From Diplonema japonicum (lineage: Eukaryota > Protista > Euglenozoa: Diplonemea): DNA of 64,000 nt. Both the position numbers and the translations under genes were made by a program. This document shows positions 51,877 through 63,294 of the stretch, piece after piece; within the stretch, counting starts at the first letter, position 1; every line of letters begins with the position of its first letter. The stretch lies in contig OZ025681.1 of NCBI GenBank assembly GCA_964019335.1, positions 434,001 to 498,000 on the forward strand. The letters run 5' to 3'. Below the pieces are notes generated by a model. It ran no database searches. It was not told where the DNA came from and saw nothing but the letters and a program-made list of their open reading frames with translations.

Positions 51877-54363
51877 TCACGGTTTCGACCGCAAGGTTTC
51901 AACAAGATACTTAACTGTCTCGAGGTGGCCGTTCTGTGCAGCTAGATGAACTGGTTTCAAACCGTCGTTGCTTTTGGCATCTGCGTCGTGATCGCGAGCT
52001 TCAACAAGATATTTAACTGTCTCGAGGTGGCCTTTTGATGCCGCTTGATGAACCGGTGTCCGACCGTGGTTGCTTTTGACACCTGCGTCGTGACCGCAAG
52101 TTTCAACGAGATATTTAACTGTCTCGAGGTGGCCGTTCTGTGCAGCTAGATGAACCGGTGTCCAACCGCGGTTGCTTTTGACACTTGCTTCTATACCGTG
52201 AGTTTCAACAAGATATTTAATTGTCTCGAGGTGGCCGTTAAATGCTGCTAGATGAAAGGGTTTCAAACCGTCGTTGCTTGTGACACCTGCTTCTATACCG
52301 CGAGCTTCAACAAGATATTTAACTGTCTCGAGGTGGCCGTTAAATGCTGCTTGATGAACCGGTGTCCGACCGTTGTTGCCTTTGGCACCGGCTTCTAAAC
52401 CGCAAGTTTCAACAAGATATTTAACTGTCATGAGGTTTCCATTCTCTGCTGCTTGATGAACTGGTGTCCAACCGTCGTTGCTTTTGACATCTGCGTCGTG
52501 ACCGCGAGTTTCAACAAGATACTTAACTGTCTCGAGGTGGCCTTTTAATGCCGCTTGATGAACCGGTGTCCGACCGTGGTTGTTTTTTACATCTGCGTCG
52601 TGACCGCGAGTTTCAACAAGATATTTAACTATCTCGAGGTGGCCGTTCTGTGCTGCTTGATGAACCGGTGTCCAACCGTCGTTACTTTTGACACCTGCGT
52701 CGTGACCGCGAGCTTCAACAAGATATTTAATTGTCTCGAGGTGGCCCTTCTGTGCAGCTAGATGAATCGATGTCCGACCATCGTTGCTTATGACACCTGC
52801 GTCGTGACCACGAATTTCAGCGAGATATTTAACTGTCTCGAGGTGGCCGTTAAATGCTGCTTGATGAATCGGTGTCCGACCGTTGTTGCTTATGACACCG
52901 GCGTCAATACCGCGAGCTTCTACAAGATATTTAACTGTCTCAAGGTTTCCATTCTCTGCTGCTTGGTGGACAGGTGTCCAACCGTCGTTGCTTTTGACAC
53001 CAGGATCCTGGTCGCAAGAACAGACGAGAGCAGCCACAACCTCGACACAGTTGTTTTCGCGAGCTGCATAGTGCAGAGCTGTGAAACCATCGCTGTCTGC
53101 TGCACCAGGGTCGATACCCTGCTCCAGAACAAGATGCCTCATCTCCTTAAGGTCACCTTTTGAAACAGCGCTGACAACGGCAAGCCTCCCCTCCTCTTTT
53201 GTGAGCGTGTTGTGCATGTTGGTCCTGCCACTGGTGGTGGTTGGAAGCGGTGCTTCAAACACGACACGGACCCGTCCCTTGTCCTCGAACACGATGTCCC
53301 CGTCGTCCTCCTCCACGAATTCCCCGAAGCTTTTGTCAAAGACTTCTAACCTGCGCACCCTGAGGTGCTCCTGCCCCCCAGAAGAGAAGGCCTTTGCTGC
53401 CGCCACCCGAACCTCCTCCGCTCCTGCTCCCACAGCCACACAGAGCTTCCTTTTCCTCTCTTCTCCACCAACACTCCCAATCGCAAGAAGAACCATTCCA
53501 GTCGGCTGAAGAACAACCCCAAGCGGTCCCGTCTGCAGCATCTCCGGTGCACTGGGACGTTCCAAAGGGTCGGTGGAGAGGAGGCGGAACACAACCCCAC
53601 GGAGGGCAGGGGGGAGGTGGGTCTGAAGCTTCCCCATCACAAGCTCCCGGTCAAGATGCAGGTACTTCAGAAAGAGATCCCTCAGGTCTTCTTGGAGCAC
53701 CACGTTACACACAGTCACCCCGAGGGCCCACATGTCTACTTTGTTGGTGTAGCCGTCCTTTCCGTTGAAGAAGTCGGGTGCCATGTAAGCTGGTGTGCCT
53801 GCAATGGAGCTCGCTACCCCACCGGACACCTCCTTCGACAGTCCCAGATCTGCCAGAATGAACTCTGCCTCCCCCCCCCGGTCAACGACACTGGCCGCAG
53901 ACAGAGGTCCCTTCCCCGACACCATGATGTTTTGGGGTTTCACGTCCCTGTGGATGAAGCCCTCACCGTGAATGTACTGAAGAACCCCTCCTATCTCCCG
54001 CAAGAGCCTGTCCGCCCTCTCCGGAGTGAGGGATCCCTCCTTTTGGACGCATGAGTAGAGGTCCCCTTTTCCGTACAGGGGCATCACGATGTGAACCCGC
54101 CACACCTTCTCAAGGGATTCCTTTGCCAGCTGCTTTGTCGTCTCGTAGAAGTCAAGGCAGGGAACCAGGTTCTTGTGCTTCAGCTTCAGCATGTGCCGCA
54201 CCTCCTCCACGTTCTTCCTGTGCACCTTTTCTGTGAGCTCCTTCAACACCTTCATGGCAAAGATACCTCCATCCACCCTCCTCACCGCCTTGTACACCGA
54301 CCCCTGTCCGCCGGACCCGAGGTACTCCCCTTGCTCGTACTTCTGAAGTATCGATGGATCCAT
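51877..54363 (-). CDS. Ser/Thr protein kinase with C-terminal tandem ankyrin repeats
   Basis: GSGGQGSV, AMK, HRDVKPQN, DLG, GTPAYMAPD, DMWALG; about 11 ankyrin units of 34 aa (102 bp). Confidence 0.93.
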   Translation of the reverse strand: MDPSILQKYEQGEYLGSGGQGSVYKAVRRVDGGIFAMKVLKELTEKVHRKNVEEVRHMLKLKHKNLVPCLDFYETTKQLAKESLEKVWRVHIVMPLYGKGDLYSCVQKEGSLTPERADRLLREIGGVLQYIHGEGFIHRDVKPQNIMVSGKGPLSAASVVDRGGEAEFILADLGLSKEVSGGVASSIAGTPAYMAPDFFNGKDGYTNKVDMWALGVTVCNVVLQEDLRDLFLKYLHLDRELVMGKLQTHLPPALRGVVFRLLSTDPLERPSAPEMLQTGPLGVVLQPTGMVLLAIGSVGGEERKRKLCVAVGAGAEEVRVAAAKAFSSGGQEHLRVRRLEVFDKSFGEFVEEDDGDIVFEDKGRVRVVFEAPLPTTTSGRTNMHNTLTKEEGRLAVVSAVSKGDLKEMRHLVLEQGIDPGAADSDGFTALHYAARENNCVEVVAALVCSCDQDPGVKSNDGWTPVHQAAENGNLETVKYLVEARGIDAGVISNNGRTPIHQAAFNGHLETVKYLAEIRGHDAGVISNDGRTSIHLAAQKGHLETIKYLVEARGHDAGVKSNDGWTPVHQAAQNGHLEIVKYLVETRGHDADVKNNHGRTPVHQAALKGHLETVKYLVETRGHDADVKSNDGWTPVHQAAENGNLMTVKYLVETCGLEAGAKGNNGRTPVHQAAFNGHLETVKYLVEARGIEAGVTSNDGLKPFHLAAFNGHLETIKYLVETHGIEASVKSNRGWTPVHLAAQNGHLETVKYLVETCGHDAGVKSNHGRTPVHQAASKGHLETVKYLVEARDHDADAKSNDGLKPVHLAAQNGHLETVKYLVETLRSKP

Positions 54364-54472
54364 ACTTTGTTGTTGTTGTTGTTGTTGTGCAACTGAAGTG
54401 ATTAAGAATGGGGGGAAATAAAAAGAAGCACAAACAATGCATGTATAAAGAAAGATTTTTAGTCACATCCTA

Positions 54473-54616
54473 ACTCTTCATCTTTTATCCTCACCTGCAC
54501 ACCTTCAGGAAGGTACCCCGCCACCTCGTCCCCATCATTCACGTCCTCCATGTGAAGGACCTCGATGCCACCTTGTGCTTCAGCAAGGGTCTCGTGCTCC
54601 CCAACTGTCACCTCAC
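54473..54616 (-). pseudogene. Deleted fragment of the Ubl-ankyrin header
   Basis: Matches about 47437-47612 with internal deletions. Confidence 0.85.
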
Positions 54617-56118
54617 ATCTATTTTCCCCCCCTACCTTTTTCTTTTGCTTTATTCTTTTTCACGTTTTTTGAACGATTTTGAAATTAAAAAAAAAACAGG
54701 ACTTCTGAAATTTTAAAGAAATGGCAGGGGGGGGGGGGGGGGGGGGGGGGGGAGGGTCAAAATGCGACCCTGATCGCATATTGGTACCCCTTTGAAATGA
54801 AAAATGGGATTCTTTCTTTTTTTCTTCCTCTCCTTGAAAGCTTGCAAAATATGTACCTTGACGTATCTTATGTAAAAGAGCTGATAGAGAAAAACATACG
54901 GGCATGGGGAGAGGGAGAGAATAAAGAAAAAGGTCAGATGAAGAAGCAGAAAAAAAACAAAGGAAAAACAATATTTTTATGGGTCCAAATGAGTCTAGAA
55001 AAGATGAGAAATAAAAAAACTTTTCATTTTTTCTTCTTCTTCGCATGTCTTCTTAAAGGAAGGGAAAGGAGAGGGGGGGTTGTTCTTCTTAAAGAAAAAT
55101 GCAAAAGAAAAAAATAAAAGAAAACTGTACATAACGCCAAAAATTGCCAGTGTGTAGGTTTAACTTTTTTTTTTTTTCCTTCCCTTCTTTGTTTGTGTTA
55201 CAGAAACTAGAGGGGGGGAGGGGGAGTGAGGAGAGGTACCTTCATTATACTCATTCTTATCTCTCCCCATTTTTGCATACTTGTAACGCAGAATCAGCCG
55301 AAAATATTCTGAATCATAAGAACATGAGGCCAAAAAGGCCAATCTTATTCTTTGATAAGTTAGAATAAAAAAGAATCTTTCCGCCAACCGGTGCCAACCC
55401 GAGCAGGTTAAAAAATCAATGAGAAGTTTGCAACCCTGGCTTTCATTTACAGCACTCAATTTGATTGGCTTTTTTTTTTTTTTTTTTTTGTTATGTAAAG
55501 CGGGAGATATGGATAAACCCTACACGGATTTTCTGAATCTTTTTTTTTTTTATTCCAATAACTTTTAGCCTTTTTTTGGGGGCTAAACCAAAACAAAAAA
55601 AAAAAAATATAAAAAAATAAACAAATAAATAGAACCCCTATTTATTCAGCTCTAAAATGCGGGTTTGAAGGATTATAATACCAAATGAGACGCACAAAAA
55701 AAAAAAATAAATAAAAAGTGCTTTCAAACCGAGAAATTACGTTGTGTTTGAAAAAAAAAAAAAAAAAATGCAATTTATTCTTTTTTATTTTATTTTGAAC
55801 TAATGTGCCACAGTAGTGAGAAAGAATGCAATGGCGGTAGTTAAGCTCCAAAGTAGTAGCCAACAAGAGAGCGGAGCCCTCTTCGAGGAAAAGAAATTGT
55901 TTAAAAAAACAAGAGATGCTACTACTGGTCAAAAAGGAAGAAGGAAAAAAAAGAGAGTAAGAGAGAAAGCCTGAACAGGCTGGTGTCGTGTTTTTCCTCT
56001 TTTTTTTTCTCCTCTTCATTCGCAGGGATTTGTGAGGTGCAGTACTAGCGGGGGGGGGTTACCGCACTCACATGCAGCTCATCTTACTGTGAAATAAGCA
56101 AATGCTTTTTTTTTTCTT

Positions 56119-56152
<34 letters not shown>

Positions 56153-56156
56153 TTAA

Positions 56157-57208
56157 CCATTAAACCCACATGTCATATATATATGACATAAAAAAAAAAA
56201 AGAAAAAATCTATAGGCCTTTTGGTCAAATTATGACCTTTCTTTCACTTTTCTGACGCCATTGCGCGATTTTTTCCACTTTGTTTGGCTAAATGCTGCCC
56301 TTTTTCAGCATTATTTTAAGAATTTGAGAGGTCGAAAATCCGGGGAAAAATGATTTGAGAATGAAGAATACTCGACTGGAGCAGAGGGCTGGTCGTGAGT
56401 GATGAAGAATGCAAAGAAATGTCAGAAAATAGTTAAATTGGCAAGCAGCATGAAGCAAATGGCAAAGGGTGAAGTAAAAAAAAAAATTCAATTAGGAAAC
56501 CATGGCTAGGACCCCTATTTCTAGAGGGATTGACTTCTTTTAAGGGTGATTTTACCCCCCCTTTTTTTTCTAGGTTTTAGGTTCTATGTCAATTTCACCC
56601 ATAGAATGTTGCAGAAAAAATTTTCTGGACTTTTTACACTGCAGAATTGGGTTAAAAAGGTTAAATCTACCTATTTTTCATAGTTTTTGGCCAATGTATT
56701 AAGGGGAATCTTTGGGTAAAAAAACAGCAAAATCAGCCTTGGTAAGGGCTCTACCAGAGGGAAAAAAATTTTTTTTTCCAAAAAAATAAAAAAATCTCTA
56801 TTTTGAGCAGTGATGGGTGGGGGTGCCTTGGCTGAGTTGTTGTGTGGTGTTATTGTCTTCTTCTTCTGTGTTTTGCACTGTGTCCTTAATGCCCCCACTG
56901 GCCAGAGAGGTGTGAAACGCAAGCTAAATCTGGGCTAGAATAGTGTTACAAGGGGTTTTTAGTGCATTTTATTATTATTTATTTTGCACTTTTTCTACTC
57001 CTCTTCCCCCCCCTACCAAAAAGGGTGTTGGGTCAAAAATCATAAGTTCAAAAGCCAGTTCAGGGGAACCCTGATACCTGAATGTCTCCAGAGGTCATTT
57101 CTCCATAAAAAGAACACTTTGTATGGTTAAATGCTGCCATTTTTTTGAATTTTTTGGAATCGCCTTAAAAATGGGCTTTTTTCGGTTTTTTGCCTGTGGG
57201 CTTAATGG
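56157..57208. mobile_element. Non-autonomous piggyBac-type (TTAA) element
   Basis: TTAA at 56153-56156 and 57209-57212; TIR ccattaaacccaca / tgtgggcttaatgg (13/14 match); no transposase ORF. Confidence 0.88.
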
Positions 57209-57290
57209 TTAAATACGAAAAAACATAAAAAGAAAAAAGTGGCTTTTGCGTATCTGTGGTTATGGGGGAGGGGGGGGAAGAGAAAAAAAA

Positions 57291-57347
57291 ATATGAGTAA
57301 ACGGAAGTCTATTGTGAGACGGCCCCTGTTCTCATTTTCTACCTGCA
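57291..57347. repeat. Dispersed repeat R3
   Basis: Aligns with 23071-23127. Confidence 0.8.
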
Positions 57348-57720
57348 AAAAAAAAAAAACTAGTTTGGCGCTTCATTTGTTTGTGCGCACGAGCGGGATT
57401 TTACCTAATAAAATAGCTCATTACGCTGCCATCAACTAGTTTTTAGTCTCGACAATAATATTGTTAAAACAAAAAATACTAAAGAAAAAAAAAAAAAAAA
57501 TAGAGTACCTGATTTTTACGAAGAATGTTTTTGCCGCAAAAAAAAATAAGGCTAAATTTTCTCGGGAAAGGGAATTCCGTATGCGAAAATGGCTCAAGAG
57601 TAAAAATCAGATACTTTTACATTACAGCACGTTGTCAAGCTAAATTTAAAACTCTGCAGAATCTCCCTCATGTAACTTTTACATTCAGAATTTCTTTGCA
57701 CATTTATTGTCGAAGTTTTA

Positions 57721-57805
57721 AAGAGCCGGTTGATTTGTTGTTTGTGCACAGCCCGTGGTTAACCTGTAGAAGGATAAGCCCAACATATTGTTTTTCTTGT
57801 TTTGC
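57721..57805. repeat. Dispersed repeat R1 with both flanks of the YR element joined
   Basis: aagagccggttgatttgttgtttgtgcacagcc (matches 2350-2381) runs straight into ...ggttaacctgtagaaggataagcccaaca (matches 4141-4169). Confidence 0.88.
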
Positions 57806-58522
57806 AAAAAAAAAGAGAAAAAAAAAGAAAAAAAAAATAATGTCAAAGAAAAGTAGAGGGTGGGTGAGGGGATCTTCTTGTAGAACTCCCCCCCATTCTC
57901 TATTGCATGGTTTAGAACCAAAATACACTCTTATTCCCCCTAAGGCCGCCACAAAAAAAAAAAAAAAAAAAAAAATAAATAAAGAGGTAAAAGGAAATCC
58001 CTGATCTGGGACGTCCTGTCTTGTTCTTCTACCTGCCCCTTTCTCCCTTCAGCGGCTTCGGTCTTTCCTTTTTTTAAAAAAAAAAAAAAAGAGGTCCCAA
58101 TCCACTACTGGAAGGCGGGCCATCTTATTTTACGATTTCTTTTGTGAGACATACATCCCACTGTTGAACAGGGGACAAAGGGAGGAAGAAGAAAAAAAAG
58201 GAACAGACAAAAAAAAAAGGTGTGGGAACAGGGAAAGGGGGGGGGGGAGAGAGAGTGAAATAACTAAGCCGACCAAATGTTTAAATCAAGCTTGCCGCCT
58301 TTCCCCCCCTTTTTTTTTCCTCTCTCTCTCCCTTTATTTTTTAAAAATAATTTATTTTTATTTTATTTCATTGGAGAGGAGAAGGAAAAAAAAAAGGGGG
58401 GGGGAAAAAAAGACAAGGGATTGACAAATGGGCTATGATTTTCTTTTTTTTTTTTTTGACCATAAAATGATAGGGAGCGTCCTCCCAAAAGAGGGGGACT
58501 TTTTTTTTTTTTTTTTTTCCCC

Positions 58523-61500
58523 TCACGTAACTGTGCGGGTAAAAGTTGTATCCTGCGTAGTCGGGATGGGTGACGAAGAGAGCCTTGAGACCCTCCCCGC
58601 TTCCACAGCCATCCGCACATCTGCATCAAGGATCAACGGTGAAGGGTTAGTGGCCCGACGCCGCGACGGAGGGGTGATTGGAGTCCTAACTGAGGGCTGA
58701 AGGGACGACTGCCTAGTTCTGTTCCTTGACATCCTGCCCTGAAACAAAGTAGGAGTTTCGGGAGAACGAGTGAAATCAAAACCAGACACAGGAACATGCG
58801 AGGCTCTTCGCCCCCTTCCGGCTGAAACACCAACACCTTCAAAGAATGGAGACAACACCGGAGCTTCGGGTGTGAAAATATCAGCTTTCCCCGACGGCAC
58901 TGGCGACATACTTTGCGGTGATGTAGCTCGGCTGTAGCAACATGACAGTGTTTCAAGATGAATGTCAGCTTCATCAGCCTCAGCAAGGCTTGCCAAGCCA
59001 TCATCAAGCCCGTTAACCTCTGTAGGTAACAACGCTGCTTTCTCCGCTTCGCCCCATATTTTTTCCTGCAGGACCATTCGCTTTCCTTTCGCGAAGATGT
59101 ACAGTTCTGTACACGCGTCCAGGAACACCTTCCCCAGCATAACCACAAGAGTGCCGTACAGAACGGACTGCAGGAGAACCCCGTTCCAACCCCCGGTGCT
59201 GTGTGAATAAAACGCTGACGCCATGAACAGCAATCCTATCGTCTGGAAGCTGAGAATGAGAATATCGATGTAGTTGTCCCTCGGGCGGACGTGCGGCCAC
59301 AGTGCCGTTTCAAGAACAAGCAACATGAAGAAGATAAGCGCGCTGAAAAGCCTGATATGCCCGCACTGTGTGTCGGTGTCTGTCCGCAACGCTGCACATG
59401 CCGACAGCGCAAAAGACCCTGCGAACTCTATCAAACTGAACCATGCCACGTCTTCTCTGTACATCCGGAGGACGGAGGCGTACCTGTATACAAAGTGCAT
59501 CTCGCGTTTCAACGAAACCCACTCGCCAGGTCCTGCGATGAACTTGAACACGCTCCCACGTGATTCCTCCATGTACTTAGCCTCACGGGGGACACCCCTT
59601 TTTATCTTCCCAAAGATCCATAGTGGCACCGCCATGCACCATGCCGTGTTCAGCATTCCGATGATGAACTCAAAGACGTTCTGCGGGTACATGACCAGCA
59701 TGACGCCGCCTAGGGTGGAGCCTTGGTACAGCCATTGGAACACGAACAATGGTATGCTTGGTAGTCTGAAGAAGCCTTGTAGATCCCTTTCCTTGATCAG
59801 CCAAGAAGGTCCTACGTTGGTAACCAGCATTAAAAGTCCGTAGGTTGCAACTGCAGTGATGATGATCAGCAGAAGGTTGCTGACCACGGCACCCATTGCT
59901 ATGCTGCCAGAAATCTTCAACTGCGTGGGGTGCAGGGCGCGGGGGATGCGGTCGCTCCCTTGTACGTCGCAGCTTTGCGAGACCAAGATCAGCCGTGTTG
60001 CGGAGGTGGCAGCGCTTGTGCCCACCACACTGCCGACAAGGACAGCTTCACCAGCAGCCTCCATCTCCTTGGTCTCGACTTCCAACGTCGTGTTCTTCTT
60101 CACCAGCACCTCCTTCTCGGGTGGGGCATTTGTCGACGGCACGTCTGTATCCGGTGCTGACGTGTTCGGCGCAAGCGTATCAGGCGGGGCTGTTATAGGA
60201 GCGGCAGTTGTTGGCACGAATGTGACAGGTGCATCCGTGGCCGGGGAGCTCGTCTTCGGGGGGTTTGTAGCAGGTGCGACAGTAGGCGGCGTTGCCGTGT
60301 TTGGGGCACTTGTCAAGGGAGCATTCGTTGATGGTGAACCTGTGTTCGGAGGGTCTGTCACAGGAGAGCTTGTCAGTGGAACACTAGTCGAAGGGGCCAT
60401 TGTAGCAGGCACGCCAGTCACAGGGGCAGATGTCTCCGGTGAACTGGTGTCCGGTGCTTCAGAGGCAGGACTGTTGGTAGCAGGAGCTCCAGTCAGTGGC
60501 ACGGGGGTAGCAGGGGCGTCCGTTGCTGGGGCACTGGTCGAAGGCGCTTGAGTAGCAGGCGGATGTGTCCCAGGGGCATATGTGAGGGGTGCAACAGTTT
60601 GTGGCGCGACAGTGCGTGGCGCTGCTGTTTCGGGTGCTGGCGTTGCTGGTGAGGGTGTGGCAGGTGCTGTTGTTGCAGGTGCTGATGTTGCAGGTGCTGA
60701 TGTTGCAGGTGCCGTTGTTGCAGGTGCTGTTGTTGCAGGTGCTGATGTTGCAGGTGCTGTTGTTGCAGGTGCTGATGTTGCAGGTGCTGTTGTTGCAGGT
60801 GCTGTTGTTGCAGGTGCCGTTGTTGCAGGTGCTGTTGTTGCAGGCGCAGATGTCACGGGTGCCTGTGTTGCAGGGACAAGGGTTTGAGGTGCTGTTGTAG
60901 GGGGCGCCGGCGTATCGGGAGCAGGGGTAAGCGGCACGGGAGTAGGGGGGAAGGGCGTGGGAGGCGCGAGAGTAAGGGGGGCGGGCGTTAGCGGTGCAGG
61001 TGTGGGCGGAAAGGGCGTGGGGGGTACGCCTGTGGGCGGTGCCGGGGTGACAGGCGCCGCAGTTGGGGGCACACCCGTTGGAGGAGCAGGGGTTTCCTTG
61101 GGGAGCGATGCGTACCTGCAGCTATAGGACATCCTCTTCGTCCCACCAGAACAGCTCTGCATGCGAACCATAGAAAGGAGTGGCCTGCTGTCAGGACATT
61201 TCACAGGAAGGGCGGACAGGCCGTCAAGCGAGCCGCTAAGCGTGGCACACGACGTGGCATAGGTGTCGGAAGTCGGGGAAGCCCTTCCCAAGGAGGCGGA
61301 GCGGTAGGTGCAGCAGGTGAAGACAGCTTTCAATTTATCAGTACCACAGGAGGAATAATGCCATTCCCGGATGCTTTTGGGGTAGCTGCACTTGACAACG
61401 ATGGCAGTCAAGTGGTTCAAGGATGTTATCTTCTGGCAACTGCTGGTGAAAGACTCGCAGTCGGTTTGCTGTAACGATGGTTCACAGTGGCCCTGGAAGG

Positions 61501-61708
61501 CCATATTGTTCCCGGTACAGCTTGACTGAGCCAACTGGTAACCCCCTAGCCCATAATTGTTCACCCAGCCACAATCGACTTCGTGCTTTTTAATATTTGA
61601 AACAGAAACTCCGGTAGCTGGTTCGCACCCTGAGGTGCTCGTCCTTACTACCAGTGCTGCGCTCACGACGTGTGCCACAAGGAGAACTGCAATGCCACAT
61701 TTCTTCAT
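58523..61708 (-). CDS. Surface protein: Cys-rich head, mucin-like T.AP stalk, multi-pass membrane domain, low-complexity tail
   Basis: Signal peptide; Cys-rich region of about 185 aa; PT/AP pentapeptide repeats; 7-8 hydrophobic segments. Confidence 0.88.
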   Translation of the reverse strand: MKKCGIAVLLVAHVVSAALVVRTSTSGCEPATGVSVSNIKKHEVDCGWVNNYGLGGYQLAQSSCTGNNMAFQGHCEPSLQQTDCESFTSSCQKITSLNHLTAIVVKCSYPKSIREWHYSSCGTDKLKAVFTCCTYRSASLGRASPTSDTYATSCATLSGSLDGLSALPVKCPDSRPLLSMVRMQSCSGGTKRMSYSCRYASLPKETPAPPTGVPPTAAPVTPAPPTGVPPTPFPPTPAPLTPAPLTLAPPTPFPPTPVPLTPAPDTPAPPTTAPQTLVPATQAPVTSAPATTAPATTAPATTAPATTAPATSAPATTAPATSAPATTAPATTAPATSAPATSAPATTAPATPSPATPAPETAAPRTVAPQTVAPLTYAPGTHPPATQAPSTSAPATDAPATPVPLTGAPATNSPASEAPDTSSPETSAPVTGVPATMAPSTSVPLTSSPVTDPPNTGSPSTNAPLTSAPNTATPPTVAPATNPPKTSSPATDAPVTFVPTTAAPITAPPDTLAPNTSAPDTDVPSTNAPPEKEVLVKKNTTLEVETKEMEAAGEAVLVGSVVGTSAATSATRLILVSQSCDVQGSDRIPRALHPTQLKISGSIAMGAVVSNLLLIIITAVATYGLLMLVTNVGPSWLIKERDLQGFFRLPSIPLFVFQWLYQGSTLGGVMLVMYPQNVFEFIIGMLNTAWCMAVPLWIFGKIKRGVPREAKYMEESRGSVFKFIAGPGEWVSLKREMHFVYRYASVLRMYREDVAWFSLIEFAGSFALSACAALRTDTDTQCGHIRLFSALIFFMLLVLETALWPHVRPRDNYIDILILSFQTIGLLFMASAFYSHSTGGWNGVLLQSVLYGTLVVMLGKVFLDACTELYIFAKGKRMVLQEKIWGEAEKAALLPTEVNGLDDGLASLAEADEADIHLETLSCCYSRATSPQSMSPVPSGKADIFTPEAPVLSPFFEGVGVSAGRGRRASHVPVSGFDFTRSPETPTLFQGRMSRNRTRQSSLQPSVRTPITPPSRRRATNPSPLILDADVRMAVEAGRVSRLSSSPIPTTQDTTFTRTVT
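60655..60845. repeat. 15-bp coding tandem repeat (AT[T/S]AP)
   Basis: (gcaggtgctgwtgtt)n, about 12 copies. Confidence 0.9.
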
Positions 61709-61789
61709 GTGTACCTATAGGACCATTAAAACAAAACAAAAACAAAAAAAAAGAGGTTATTGATAATTCCTGAAAAAAATAACTATTTA

Positions 61790-62352
61790 TTGCCAACAAA
61801 TAATGAGTCATTATTTAACTCGAGTTCCCGAATTTTTTGCACGAGGGCCCGCAGGGCCCGAGTGCAAAAAAACGGGTAACGAGTGTTAAATAATGGCTCA
61901 TTTGGCGGCAAGTAAGTCGTTTTATTTCACTCTTCGTCATTTGAGTCACTCACTCTTCACTGCTTTCACTGCTGTTTTTTTTCACGCAGGTCAGCTTTTT
62001 GGGGATTTTCCTAAGGTAATACAGGGTAGCTATTTCGCCGTGGCATTTAAAGGGGAAGTAAGGCACTTATTCCCACTTTTAAGGGCTGGAATGGCCTCAG
62101 ATGGCCAAAAATAGTCAAAATACCCCCACCCCAAAAAAATTTTTCAAGGGGTTGGGTGCATTTTTTTCCACGACAAGACCCATTTTTTCACTCTGAAGGG
62201 CCATTATTTAACTGCAAAATCTCATTATTTAACTAGTTAAATAATGGCGATTTCGCGTTAAATAATGGCCGTTTCGCGTTAAATAATGGCCATTTCGCGT
62301 TAAATAATGAGGCCCCTAGTGAGTGAAGAAAATGACGAAGAGTGAAATAAAA
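61790..62352. mobile_element. Non-autonomous hairpin element, Crypton-like
   Basis: Hairpin 61790-61912 centred on gcacgagggcccgcagggcccgagtgc; second inverted repeat 61920-61954 / 62318-62352; three 21-bp tandem units sharing gttaaataatg. Confidence 0.55.
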
Positions 62353-62454
62353 AAAAAAAAGACGAATGACGGAAAAAAAGAAGAAAAAAAAAAACGGGGG
62401 AGGGGGATGGGAGGAAGGGGGAAGAAAAATCTTTCTTTTCTTCTTCTTATAAGC

Positions 62455-62488
<34 letters not shown>

Positions 62489-63294
62489 AATCGTGAGCCC
62501 CTCCCCCATTGCCATTTATTGCCTTTGGAGGCCTGCAGGGCTTTGCTATCTTCATTATGTATTAACAGGACAACTACAACTCAAAGTTTTGGACAAACTA
62601 AGTCGTGGTTGTCATATTTTTTTTCCCGAGGAGGGATGGCCATGCGCAGGAACAAAAAAAGAAAACCTATTTTTCTTTCTTTCTTTTTTCTTTTTTTTTG
62701 AAATATTGTGTAAGATTTCAACCGGCTTTTTTTTTTTTTTTGTTTCTTGTAAAAAGAATACCGGTGGAGGGAACGAAAGCAAAAGGGGGAACTCCCCCCC
62801 TTTTTTTTTTATTTCTTTTGTGAAACGCGATATTCTTGAGAAATCCCGATGCCGTCCGACAACGTATCCAATCAGTCCTCGGGGGGGGGGGGGGAAGAAA
62901 AACAAGAAAAATCCATTCATCTACCATTTTGTAATCGCCCCCCCCCCCCCCCCCCCCCCCCCTTCTTTCCTCTCATTCTGTTTTTAGACTAATCAGGCCG
63001 CTTCATATAGCAAAAAAAAAATTCTTTTCTTTTTTATTATTATTATTATTTTTTTTTTTGACCTCTTTCCCTAGCACCCTTTTCAGGCGCCATTGAGGGG
63101 CGGGTGGAAGGGGAAGGCGGGGGAACAGTACTAAACTCATCAAGTAAGGCTACCCATTTCTTCCCGGATTCCATATTTCACCATCGAAGAAGAAGGTTCG
63201 ATAAGCACAACGGGGGAGACCGGGAGGACAGTAAAGTAAATATTGGCGGCAGTAAGACATATAATCTCGCGATTCTTTGAAATATATGCACATA

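Noticed and set aside
51890-53010. CRISPR-like array
   Set aside because: 102-bp in-frame ankyrin coding repeats with no unique spacers, in a eukaryotic context with no cas genes.
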